Assembly (NCBI GenBank): GCA_963712115.1
Contig: CAVQGX010000011.1
Coordinates: 1-64,000 of the forward strand
DNA from: an uncultured delta proteobacterium
GTDB lineage: Bacteria > Desulfobacterota > Syntrophobacteria > BM002
Length of the DNA: 64,000 bases
Direction of reading: 5' to 3'
The notes under the pieces are model-generated. The model was not told the origin of the DNA. It ran no database searches and was given only the letters and a program-made list of their open reading frames with translations. Positions 32,466-41,418 of the stretch are shown here, piece after piece. Each line of letters starts with the position of its first letter. The stretch's first letter is position 1. The position numbers were made by a program, and so were the translations under genes.

Positions 32466-34631
32466 ATGAGTGGACTCAAGAAAAAGATCGTTTGGAACCA
32501 GGCTATGTTGTTTGTTTATGTTGTTCTAATCCTTGGACTGCCCTACCTCTGGCTCAGTGTCGACTTGGCAGATGGTCAGGTCCGCCCTTTTCTGGCTATT
32601 TACACTGTTGAAGCGGTCTTACTGCTTGGCCTCTTTATGCTTTTGCCACTGCAGTACGGCCGACAACTCCTTTCACTCGAAAGAGCCATTTCTACTGGTG
32701 GTGAGTTGGATTTCCAGGAGACGGCCGCAACCCTACGGTTGGGTGCTAGATTGCCAGGAAGGTTGGCCTTGGCCCTCTTTGCGGCAGGATGTGGAATTTT
32801 TTTGCTGGGAACTCTGGCCATGAGGTTGATGGCTCATTTCAACCTGGCTCAGAGCCTCCAGAGCCTTCTGGCAGGACTGGTTATATGTTTGCTTTACTCT
32901 ATTTTTAGCCTTTTTACAGCGGAGGCTATCACTATCCCGGCGATGGCAGAGATGATGAGCAGCTTGCCAGAACGGGTATCCCTGAGGGGCATGAGTCTTT
33001 CCCAGAAGCTTTGGGTCACTTGTGGTTCGCTGGTTCTCATCGCCGTTCTTTTCGTGAGTTCAATCAGCTATGTGGAAAGCAAAAAAGCCCTGGAAAGTCA
33101 GGCAATGGAAGCTCAGCGTGTCAAGCTTGACCTGGTTTCCAGCACCCAAGACTGGAAAAATTTAGCAGACCACAAAAAAATAGAGAGGCTTGAGGAGGTA
33201 CTGGAAAAGTTGAAACTTGGTGGTTCCACTTCGGCCTATTTGCTTGCTGGCAATGGATCCTTAATTGCCAGCCACCCGCGGGGATCGAATCCGGTACTGC
33301 CGGAGGGGCTAATAAGCGAATTGGCGCGGACGCCTTTCGGCACCTATGTGGAAAAACTTCAGGGCAGGATCTACGCCTTCCAGAGGGTAGAAGGCTTGAA
33401 CGGTTTTTTGGTAAGCGAAGCAGACAGCAGTGGATTCTTCTCTCCCTTGCGAAATGTTTTCTGGATGACCAGCCTCGCCTCCTTGATCATACTCATTATT
33501 GGATTTTACCTTGCCTATATTCTTTCCGGTAATTTTACCAAGCCTCTAAGCAAATTGGGGAGGTATGCCAGAAAGATTTCAGAGGGAGAGATCTCCGAGA
33601 AAGTCGCCCTCGCATCCGGCGATGAAGTGGGAATGCTAGCTGATGCCTTCGACTCGATGCACCAGAACTTCACCTTGCTGGCCGGACAGGCACAGAAAAT
33701 CGCCGACGGAGATTTTAGCCAACGGGTGATCTTCCCAGGCCCCTTCGGCAAGGCAATCAACGCCATGGTGAACAATCTTCGGGAGATGACCGGGCAGAGT
33801 CAGGCGGCAGCTTCGCGCATTGGCAGCTCCTCCAGCGAGATTGTCTCGGCAGCTCAGCAGCAGGCGAGTGGAGCGGCTCAACAAGCAGCTTCGGTGAGTG
33901 AAACCACCGCAACCATGGAGGAACTCAGCACAACTGCCCGGCAGATTGCCGAAAACAGCAACGCCGTAACCGCAGTGGCTGAAGAGACCCTGAAGAGCGC
34001 CGAAGAAGGACAGGATTTCATGGAAGAGAGTACCAAAAGCATGGTCCTGATGCGGAGTAAAACCGAAGAAAGTGCCGAGAAAATTCTCAGACTTGGTCAA
34101 AAAAGCCAGCAAATTGGTGAAATTATTGATATCATTAATGAAATAGCTATAGAAACCAAAATGCTCTCCCTCAATGCGGCCATTGAAGCGGCAAAAGCAG
34201 GGGAGGCGGGGAAAGGTTTCTCAGTGGTGGCCGGAGAGATCCGCCGCCTAGCCGAAGATGTGGTGAAATCTACGGGTACCATCCGGGATGTGCTCCTGGA
34301 GATCCAATCGGCCGCAAATGCTTCGGTGCTTGCAGCTGAGGAGAACGTCAAGGGAGTTGAGGAAGGGGAAGTACGGTTGAACAAGGTGCGGGACGCATTG
34401 GAAAACATTATTGCCATGGCTGAACAAACTGCGGAGTCGGCGAGGCAGATCTCTGTGGCCACAAACCAACAGAAAGAGGCGAGCGAACAGGTGGTAAACA
34501 CCATGAGGGAAATCTCTAAGGTGGCACAGCAAACCGCGGCAGCCTCAAAGAACACTATCTCCTCGGCTAGCGATCTCAACCGGCTTGCAGAGGAACTCCG
34601 ATCAAGGGTAAGTGAGTTTAAGATTGAGTAA
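32466..34631 (+). CDS. Methyl-accepting chemotaxis protein, ~6 TM helices, 2 HAMP
   Basis: DEVGMLADAF HAMP; ETKMLSLNAAIEAAKAGEAGKGFSVVAGEIRRLA signalling hairpin. Confidence 0.95.
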   Translation: MSGLKKKIVWNQAMLFVYVVLILGLPYLWLSVDLADGQVRPFLAIYTVEAVLLLGLFMLLPLQYGRQLLSLERAISTGGELDFQETAATLRLGARLPGRLALALFAAGCGIFLLGTLAMRLMAHFNLAQSLQSLLAGLVICLLYSIFSLFTAEAITIPAMAEMMSSLPERVSLRGMSLSQKLWVTCGSLVLIAVLFVSSISYVESKKALESQAMEAQRVKLDLVSSTQDWKNLADHKKIERLEEVLEKLKLGGSTSAYLLAGNGSLIASHPRGSNPVLPEGLISELARTPFGTYVEKLQGRIYAFQRVEGLNGFLVSEADSSGFFSPLRNVFWMTSLASLIILIIGFYLAYILSGNFTKPLSKLGRYARKISEGEISEKVALASGDEVGMLADAFDSMHQNFTLLAGQAQKIADGDFSQRVIFPGPFGKAINAMVNNLREMTGQSQAAASRIGSSSSEIVSAAQQQASGAAQQAASVSETTATMEELSTTARQIAENSNAVTAVAEETLKSAEEGQDFMEESTKSMVLMRSKTEESAEKILRLGQKSQQIGEIIDIINEIAIETKMLSLNAAIEAAKAGEAGKGFSVVAGEIRRLAEDVVKSTGTIRDVLLEIQSAANASVLAAEENVKGVEEGEVRLNKVRDALENIIAMAEQTAESARQISVATNQQKEASEQVVNTMREISKVAQQTAAASKNTISSASDLNRLAEELRSRVSEFKIE

Positions 34632-34729
34632 ATGGTTAAAATGTACAAAAATGCGCTAAAATGTCTAAAACTGTTCAAATAATTAGAGATTATATTTTTT
34701 CTGACTACAACGGAACAATGAGCTAGTCA

Positions 34730-34753
34730 GTAGGGCGGGGTTGCCCCCCGCCC
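34730..34753 (+). repeat. GTAG-type REP-like palindrome
   Basis: GTAG followed by GC-rich hairpin GGCGGGG-TTGCC-CCCCGCC. Confidence 0.5.
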
Positions 34754-34794
34754 GATAAGTTCGGCGTCAACCGACAACGGACGGCATTGGGTCC

Positions 34795-37410
34795 ATGAAT
34801 GAAGATAACGATCTGTTTTTGACCTTAAAAGATGATTATCGGGAAGCACTCGAGCAGTTCAATGATGCTTTGCTGCGGTTGGAGACAAATCCAGAAGATC
34901 ATGATTCGCTGGAAAGAGCAAGCCGTCAGCTGCACAACATTAAAGGATTCGCCAATCGGCTGAGGGCGCCCACGCTTGGCCAACTGGCCCACATATTTGA
35001 AGACGTCTTGGTGGCAATAGATGCGGGCCGCTTACCCTTCGATGAATCTCTCGCCAACCTTTTCTTTGATGGAATAGATCTGTTTGTTCACTACCTAAGA
35101 AGCAGAGAAGTGGATCCCGGCAAGGTGGCCGAGCTGGTTGAGGAAGTGGAGCCTCTGCTCTTCACTGCCATCAAAGAAATCGAAGAGGAAACTGCCCCCG
35201 AGGACATGGAAGCGCTCCTACCAGATTTTATTGCCGCTGCTCGCGACAATGTGGAGGCCATTAACCTTGGCCTGGCAGTTCTGGAGAAAGAGCCAGCAAA
35301 CAGTGAGATCTTGCAAGAAGTCTACAGAAACGCCCATAGTCTCAAAGGTTCGGCCATGACTATGGGATTTGAGCGGATGGGAAAGCTGGCTCACCACATG
35401 GAGGACGTGCTTCGGGCCCTGCAAAAGAACCAATTGCCAGTAACAACAGAAGCGTGCGACGCCCTGTACGAGACCAATGATGCCCTTACGGTAATGTTCG
35501 ATACCCTTGCGGCCAGCAAAAGGATCAGAGTTGACGCGGAGAGCACCATGGCGCGGCTTGCCAATTTACTGCCTGAGCTTCAGCCTGCAGAAGGCGCCAG
35601 GGTGGCAGAGGTGGTTAGACCCATTACTGACCCGACACCAGTCAGTGAGACCAGCGTCTCGACCATGGATACTGTTAGGGTGACGACAGCAAAATTGGAT
35701 GAACTTGTGAACCTGGCAGCCGAGGCGGCTGTGGCTCACCTACACCTTTCAAGCGAAATTGACAAGCTAATGCAAATCCGAGATAGGTGGCAACAGCTGC
35801 GACTTCACGAATACGGTGCTCTTCAACTGGCTGAGCCAGCTAGAGAAACGGGTTTAGTAAAAAAACTCTTTAAACTTGGAGACTCCCTGGAGGAAATGGG
35901 CCGTCGGTTGCAGGATGCCGCAGAAAATGCCGGTCGTCACATTGAAACCTTGCAGCATCGCAGCATGGAGATTCGCATGTTGCCTCTGGCCTTGGTTTTG
36001 AATACTTTACCCAGGGCAGTGCGTGATCTGAGCCGGCAATTCGGCAAAAAGGTTGCATTTACCGTAAAGGGAGAACAGACAACTATCGACAAACGCATCC
36101 TCGAGCAAATAGGCGATCCTCTGATTCATCTGCTGCGCAACGCCCTGGACCACGGGCTGGAGACGCCCAGTGCCAGACGAAACGCTGGTAAGCCAGAGAT
36201 CGGAACAATCAGACTGGAGGCAAAGCAAGAAGGAGCCAAAGTACTTGTCATCCTGGAAGACGACGGTCGGGGCATTGATTCCCAACTCCTGAAAAAAGCG
36301 GCCTTAGACAAGGGTCTGGTGGATGAAAAGGAGGTTGCAGGTTGGACCGAGGCTCAGCTTCTTGAGCTTGTCTTTTTCCCAGGCCTGAGCACAAGTGGCC
36401 TGGTCACTGATATCTCTGGGCGTGGAGTGGGGATGGATGTGGTACGTGCCAATGTGGAACGGCTAAAAGGTCAGGTGGAGGTCGCTTCGGAACTGGGCAA
36501 AGGGACTACTTTTACCATATCCTTACCCCTTACCCTGGCAACAGTCCATGCACTCATGGTTAAGTGCGCGGGTGAAGTCCTGGCCGTTCCCGCTTTCTCT
36601 GTGGCCAAGACCTTTCAAGTCCCTTTGCAGGAGATCAAGTCTATCCAGGGACGGCAGGCAGTGGTGCATCAGGAAGAGATTCTGCCGGTGCGAAGTCTTG
36701 CCGCCACTTTGGGCTGGAAAGAAAGGAATGGCGGTCCGTTGAAGGAAGGCAAGGCTCTGATCGTAATCCTTCAAGCTGGAGAGCGCAAGGTAGGCTTCCT
36801 TGTCGAGGATATATTGGGGGAGCTCGAGATTGTCAGCAAAGACCTGGGGACCCATCTCAGGAAAGTAGACTATGTGGCAGGTGCCACCATTCTTGGTTCT
36901 GGTGAGGTGGCTATTATTTTAGATGTACCCCAGCTGTTGTGGGGCGGGCATGCTGAAGTAAGAACGAAGGAGGGGGTAGCGGCAGAGGAGGTCAGCTCGA
37001 CACTTGGCCAGTTGATCTTGGTGGTAGAAGATCAGGTGGTGACCCGGCAGATGGAAAAAAGCATCTTGGAAGCGGCCGGCTATCAAGTGGTCACTGCGGA
37101 GAACGGTCTGGATGCACTGAACAGATTGGGGCAACAGGACTTTGACCTGGTGCTTACAGATGTCCTAATGCCGAAAATGGACGGTTTTACTCTCACCAGG
37201 AAAATTCGCTCCAATGAAAAAACCAAGGATTTACCAGTGGTGGTTGTGACCTCAATGGAGAGTGAGGAGGACAAGAGACGGGGTCTGGAGGCTGGTGCCA
37301 ACGCCTATCTAATCAAAAGCAGCTTTGATCAGAAACATTTGATTGAAACCATAGAGACCTTGCTGGGGAAAGGCAGTAAGCAGTTATCTAGATTAGGCAC
37401 TAGGGACTAA
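34795..37410 (+). CDS. cheA: Hybrid CheA with two Hpt domains and C-terminal REC
   Basis: LHNIKG, AHSLKG, HLLRNALDHG, DDGRG, SGRGVGMDVV, CheW domain, REC (VEDQ, LTDVLMP, IKS). Confidence 0.95.
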   Translation: MNEDNDLFLTLKDDYREALEQFNDALLRLETNPEDHDSLERASRQLHNIKGFANRLRAPTLGQLAHIFEDVLVAIDAGRLPFDESLANLFFDGIDLFVHYLRSREVDPGKVAELVEEVEPLLFTAIKEIEEETAPEDMEALLPDFIAAARDNVEAINLGLAVLEKEPANSEILQEVYRNAHSLKGSAMTMGFERMGKLAHHMEDVLRALQKNQLPVTTEACDALYETNDALTVMFDTLAASKRIRVDAESTMARLANLLPELQPAEGARVAEVVRPITDPTPVSETSVSTMDTVRVTTAKLDELVNLAAEAAVAHLHLSSEIDKLMQIRDRWQQLRLHEYGALQLAEPARETGLVKKLFKLGDSLEEMGRRLQDAAENAGRHIETLQHRSMEIRMLPLALVLNTLPRAVRDLSRQFGKKVAFTVKGEQTTIDKRILEQIGDPLIHLLRNALDHGLETPSARRNAGKPEIGTIRLEAKQEGAKVLVILEDDGRGIDSQLLKKAALDKGLVDEKEVAGWTEAQLLELVFFPGLSTSGLVTDISGRGVGMDVVRANVERLKGQVEVASELGKGTTFTISLPLTLATVHALMVKCAGEVLAVPAFSVAKTFQVPLQEIKSIQGRQAVVHQEEILPVRSLAATLGWKERNGGPLKEGKALIVILQAGERKVGFLVEDILGELEIVSKDLGTHLRKVDYVAGATILGSGEVAIILDVPQLLWGGHAEVRTKEGVAAEEVSSTLGQLILVVEDQVVTRQMEKSILEAAGYQVVTAENGLDALNRLGQQDFDLVLTDVLMPKMDGFTLTRKIRSNEKTKDLPVVVVTSMESEEDKRRGLEAGANAYLIKSSFDQKHLIETIETLLGKGSKQLSRLGTRD

Positions 37411-37571
37411 GCACTACAACTCGGAACGGGGAACGTGGAATCGCAGAAACAAAGACAAAACTTACTGGGACTCGCTTTGTCGAAACATTCCGAATTCTGC
37501 GTTCCGAATTCCGCGTTCTCATCCTTGGTGCCTAGTCAAAAATACCGCTAACCCCTTAGCCAAACGACAAC

Positions 37572-38699
37572 ATGACAGCTGAACGGGACAATCGAAATAT
37601 GAAGGATACCGAGGGCCGCGAGCCGATTCGGGTACTTATTGTAGATGATGTGAAAAGCGCCCGGGATCTGCTCGAAGAAATCCTGACCACTGACCCACGA
37701 TTTCAGGTGGTGGGAGCAGTAGGGGATGGATTGGAGGCCGTGGCCACTGCTTTGAAAATGAGGCCCGATCTAGTTACCATGGACATCCGACTTCCCGGGA
37801 TTGACGGTTTTCAGGCAGTGGAGCGGATTTTGGCTGTATTCCCGGTTCCCATTGTAATGATCACCGCCTCTATGGGTAAGCAGGAGGAGAAGCTCTTTCG
37901 CGCCATTACGGCCGGTGCACTGGACGTCCTCGACAAGCAGGAGCTCTACTTATGGCGTACTCGGCCGGAGATTAGGAATAGCTTCCTAAGAAGATTGCGC
38001 ATCCTGGCTTCCACCAGGGTAAAGCGGGTGCCGGGATTCATTTCTACTGAGTGTGAACCACTTCTTACTTTCCGCCGCCCCCAGAGAAGACCAGCAGAGT
38101 CTCCTCTGGTGGTGGCAATCGCAGCTTCCACAGGAGGGCCAACCGCACTTGTAAAGGTTTTGAGGGGCATTTCCCCTCAGGTAAGTGCCGCCTTCCTTGT
38201 TGTTCAGCATATGAGCAGAGGATTTCTGGAAGGGTTGGTCCGCTGGCTAGATAACGAAGTGGAACTTGAGGTGAAGAAGGCCCAGGAAGGAGATGCGCTT
38301 GAGGCTGGAGTAGTTCTGGTAGCCCCTGGGGATCAACATATGATGGTCACCGAGGTGGATACTGTGCGCCTTAACAGATCCCTGCCGATTAATGGCCACC
38401 GACCGTCGGCTGAGGTGCTCTTTGATTCAGTAGCCAGCAATTATGGGAAGCGAGGGGCTGGCGTCATCCTCACCGGCATGGGGTCCGACGGGGCGGAGGG
38501 GCTGAAAAGTCTCCGACTTTGTGGTGGACACACAATAGCCCAAGATGAACAGACCAGTATAATCTTCGGGATGCCCAGGGCGGCAATTGAACTAGATGCA
38601 GCTGAGATCGTTCTCCCGCTGGATGAGATTGGATCTCAGATTATGAAGTGGATTTCTGAGCAGGAAGATAGAAAAAACTGTACTAAATTGCCCCTGTGA
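37572..38699 (+). CDS. cheB: Chemotaxis methylesterase CheB
   Basis: REC plus ASTGGP, VQHM, LTGMGSDG catalytic motifs. Confidence 0.95.
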   Translation: MTAERDNRNMKDTEGREPIRVLIVDDVKSARDLLEEILTTDPRFQVVGAVGDGLEAVATALKMRPDLVTMDIRLPGIDGFQAVERILAVFPVPIVMITASMGKQEEKLFRAITAGALDVLDKQELYLWRTRPEIRNSFLRRLRILASTRVKRVPGFISTECEPLLTFRRPQRRPAESPLVVAIAASTGGPTALVKVLRGISPQVSAAFLVVQHMSRGFLEGLVRWLDNEVELEVKKAQEGDALEAGVVLVAPGDQHMMVTEVDTVRLNRSLPINGHRPSAEVLFDSVASNYGKRGAGVILTGMGSDGAEGLKSLRLCGGHTIAQDEQTSIIFGMPRAAIELDAAEIVLPLDEIGSQIMKWISEQEDRKNCTKLPL

Positions 38700-38726
38700 A
38701 GGTTGGCATAAACAGTGACGAAACCT

Positions 38727-38813
38727 ACCCGGTGACATTCTTGCCCTGGGGAATTCAGCTTTGCTGGCCCGCCTAAGGCGGGATTCCATAGGGCGGGCTC
38801 ATTTCACCGGGGT
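38727..38813. repeat. Nested palindromic element between cheB and cheR
   Basis: ACCCGGTGACAT..ATTTCACCGGGGT enclosing GCCCTGGGGAAT..ATTCCATAGGGC, which encloses CAGCTTTGCTG and CCCGCCTAAGGCGGG. Confidence 0.7.
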
Positions 38814-38835
38814 TTGCATTTTAGGTGTCCAATTC

Positions 38836-40326
38836 ATGGATCAAGGCAGATCATCAAATAAAATTGCGGAATTAAAACTGAGTGAGAATGAGTTCCGCAG
38901 CTTTCGCGATCTAATTGCAGGGAGATCCGGAATTTATTTTGATCCCGGCAAGCAGGAATCGCTGAAGGATAATCTGCTGCAGAGAATGGCAGATTGTGGC
39001 CTCAGTACTTTTGCCGACTATTTCAATCTCCTGTCGTCCCCGGACGGGACCAAAGAATTCGATCATTTGCTCAACTTGATAACAATCCCGGAAACTTATT
39101 TCTTCCGTGACCGAGGACAGTTCAGAGCTCTTGAACGCTTTGTGATTCCAGAGATAGTTAAAAAGAAAACTTATCCGGGAACATCACTGCGAATCTGGAG
39201 CGCTGGCTGTTCCACCGGCGAGGAGCCTTACACCATTGCCATGATTTTGGCGGCAGGAACGGTGGGTAGGCCAATCCAGATTCTAGCCACCGATGTGAGT
39301 CAGCATGCCCTGAAGGCGGCTCGTGAAGGAGTCTATACTGACCGTTCTGTCCGCGACATACCGCAAGAGTATCTAAACCGCTTTTTCACTAAAAAAGGGG
39401 ATCAGTACTTACTGGATGAATCCATCAAGCAAATGGTGGAGTTTCGTTACTTTAATCTGGTAAGCGAGCCCTATCCACTAAGGGAGATGTCTGGCTGGGA
39501 CATAATTTTTTGCCGCAATGTAACTATATATTTCCAAACTGAGGCCACCAGGAAAGTGATACACAATTTCTATCTGAGTTTGCGCGAGGGTGGCTACCTT
39601 TTTGCCGGCTACTCAGAGAGCTTGCGCTATATCACCGATGAGTTTAATACAGTGCAGATGGAAGGGGCTTTTTTTTATCAGAAAGGGGTACCGCAGAAAA
39701 CGGTCAGGAAAAAAGCCAGAAAAATCAGAGGTCGGCGGGCAAGTACAGCCGGCATTACCAGGGGAAAAAAGCCGAAGGCTGGCGCAGGTTTAAACTCGGA
39801 TGAGATAGAGCAGATCTGCGCCAAGGCAAAGGAACTCCTAGAGATGGGACAACCTGAACGAGCCAGTGAAATGTTGAATCCTTATCTGAGCGAGGCAACC
39901 GCTCCCGAAAGTGTTGTTCTGCTTCAGGCAGAAATTGCCCTCAACCGGGGCGAATTGGACAAAGCGGTGCAGCTGTGTGAAAGGCTGGTTCAGAGAGAGC
40001 CGCTATCTATTGCCGGCCACTACCTGCTGGGGATCATTTATCGAACATGGGAAGATGAAGCCAGAGCCATAGAGGAGTTCAGAAAGGTATTGTACCTTGA
40101 ACCGGAGCATGCCCTGGCCCGGTTCAACCTGGGAGAGCTCTACAGCCAGGTGGGACAATTTGATGAGGCAAGAGTTGAATATGCAAACGTGGTGCGGCTG
40201 TTGAAAGAAATGCCGAAATCGCTGGATGAGAGGTTTGCCGGGGGCTTTTCTTCGGCTCTACTCATCGACACTTGCTTGAGTAAGATCAAGGCCCTGGAGG
40301 CTGGGCCACTAGGCACTAGGGACTAA
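38836..40326 (+). CDS. cheR: CheR methyltransferase with C-terminal TPR domain
   Basis: ETYFFRD, WSAGCSTGEEPY, IFCRNV; TPR motifs HYLLG, LYLEP.HALARFNLG. Confidence 0.95.
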   Translation: MDQGRSSNKIAELKLSENEFRSFRDLIAGRSGIYFDPGKQESLKDNLLQRMADCGLSTFADYFNLLSSPDGTKEFDHLLNLITIPETYFFRDRGQFRALERFVIPEIVKKKTYPGTSLRIWSAGCSTGEEPYTIAMILAAGTVGRPIQILATDVSQHALKAAREGVYTDRSVRDIPQEYLNRFFTKKGDQYLLDESIKQMVEFRYFNLVSEPYPLREMSGWDIIFCRNVTIYFQTEATRKVIHNFYLSLREGGYLFAGYSESLRYITDEFNTVQMEGAFFYQKGVPQKTVRKKARKIRGRRASTAGITRGKKPKAGAGLNSDEIEQICAKAKELLEMGQPERASEMLNPYLSEATAPESVVLLQAEIALNRGELDKAVQLCERLVQREPLSIAGHYLLGIIYRTWEDEARAIEEFRKVLYLEPEHALARFNLGELYSQVGQFDEARVEYANVVRLLKEMPKSLDERFAGGFSSALLIDTCLSKIKALEAGPLGTRD

Positions 40327-40616
40327 TCACTCGGCACCAGCGCTTCGCTTTCGTTGAGCTGCGCGTCATTTGCCTTCGGCGTCATTAGGTCATTACGCTC
40401 CGCTGTCATTTGTTGTAAGAGGTAGGGATCAAGGGTCAGAGGGCAGATTGCGGATAAGAGATGTGGGAAATGAGATTTGGGATAAAGGGATTTGAGATAT
40501 TCGACACTCGATGCTCGATGACGATTTACCCTTTACTGCTTACCGTTTACCGCTCACGGCTGACTACTTAATCATACAGCTCATGCCTTGAGCCCCAGAA
40601 CCAAGAGGTTCTTTAA

Positions 40617-41222
40617 ATGGAACTGGCAGGTTGGATTAAAGACTTGACCGTCTGGGTAATTCACTGGTCCCAAACCCCCTATGGGGGACTGGCCCTTTTT
40701 GTGTTAGCTTTTTGCGAGTCGTCTTTTTTCCCTATTCCTCCGGACGCTCTTCTTATTGCCCTGTGTATGGCCAATCCGCCTGGGTCCTTTTGGTACGCGG
40801 CGATCTGCAGCCTAGGGTCTGTTCTCGGGGGCATCTTAGGCTACGGCCTGGGCCGTTTCGGTGGTCGCCCCTTACTCGAGCGCTGGGTTTCAGCCGAGCG
40901 TGTTCAATTAGTACAACGTTACTATCAGCGTTGGGATGTATGGGCTGTAGCTGTGGCAGGGTTCACCCCCATTCCTTACAAGGTATTTACTATAAGTGCC
41001 GGCGCGTTTTTCCTTAATATAATCCGTTTCATCATTGCATCACTTTTGAGTCGCAGTGCCAGATTTTTCCTGGTGGCTGGGCTTTTTTACTTCTTTGGTC
41101 CCACCATAAAACAGTTTATCCTCCGCTATTTCAATATCCTCAGCATTGTTTTTATAGTTCTGTTAATCCTGGGATTCTGGTTCATCAAAGTAAGTTCAAA
41201 ACGGGCGATGCGGAATTCCTAA
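40617..41222 (+). CDS. YqaA/DedA (VTT) family membrane protein
   Basis: ESSFFPIPPD, GSVLGG, GFTPIPYK, RSARF. Confidence 0.9.
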   Translation: MELAGWIKDLTVWVIHWSQTPYGGLALFVLAFCESSFFPIPPDALLIALCMANPPGSFWYAAICSLGSVLGGILGYGLGRFGGRPLLERWVSAERVQLVQRYYQRWDVWAVAVAGFTPIPYKVFTISAGAFFLNIIRFIIASLLSRSARFFLVAGLFYFFGPTIKQFILRYFNILSIVFIVLLILGFWFIKVSSKRAMRNS

Positions 41223-41418
41223 GCGCAGAAGCGGCAGCGGAGCAACAAACCTTGGTGATTTTGCTCTTACATGGCTGTGTGCTGCATCATCCCGTCACCG
41301 CGTCTATGGCAACACGCAGGGGGGCTGGACTATTGCTGCAGAAAAGGATTAAAATTTATAGTTAGCAAAAAACACATCCTATCCCCTATCTTGAAATTGT
41401 TGACATAGAGGCGAGTCT

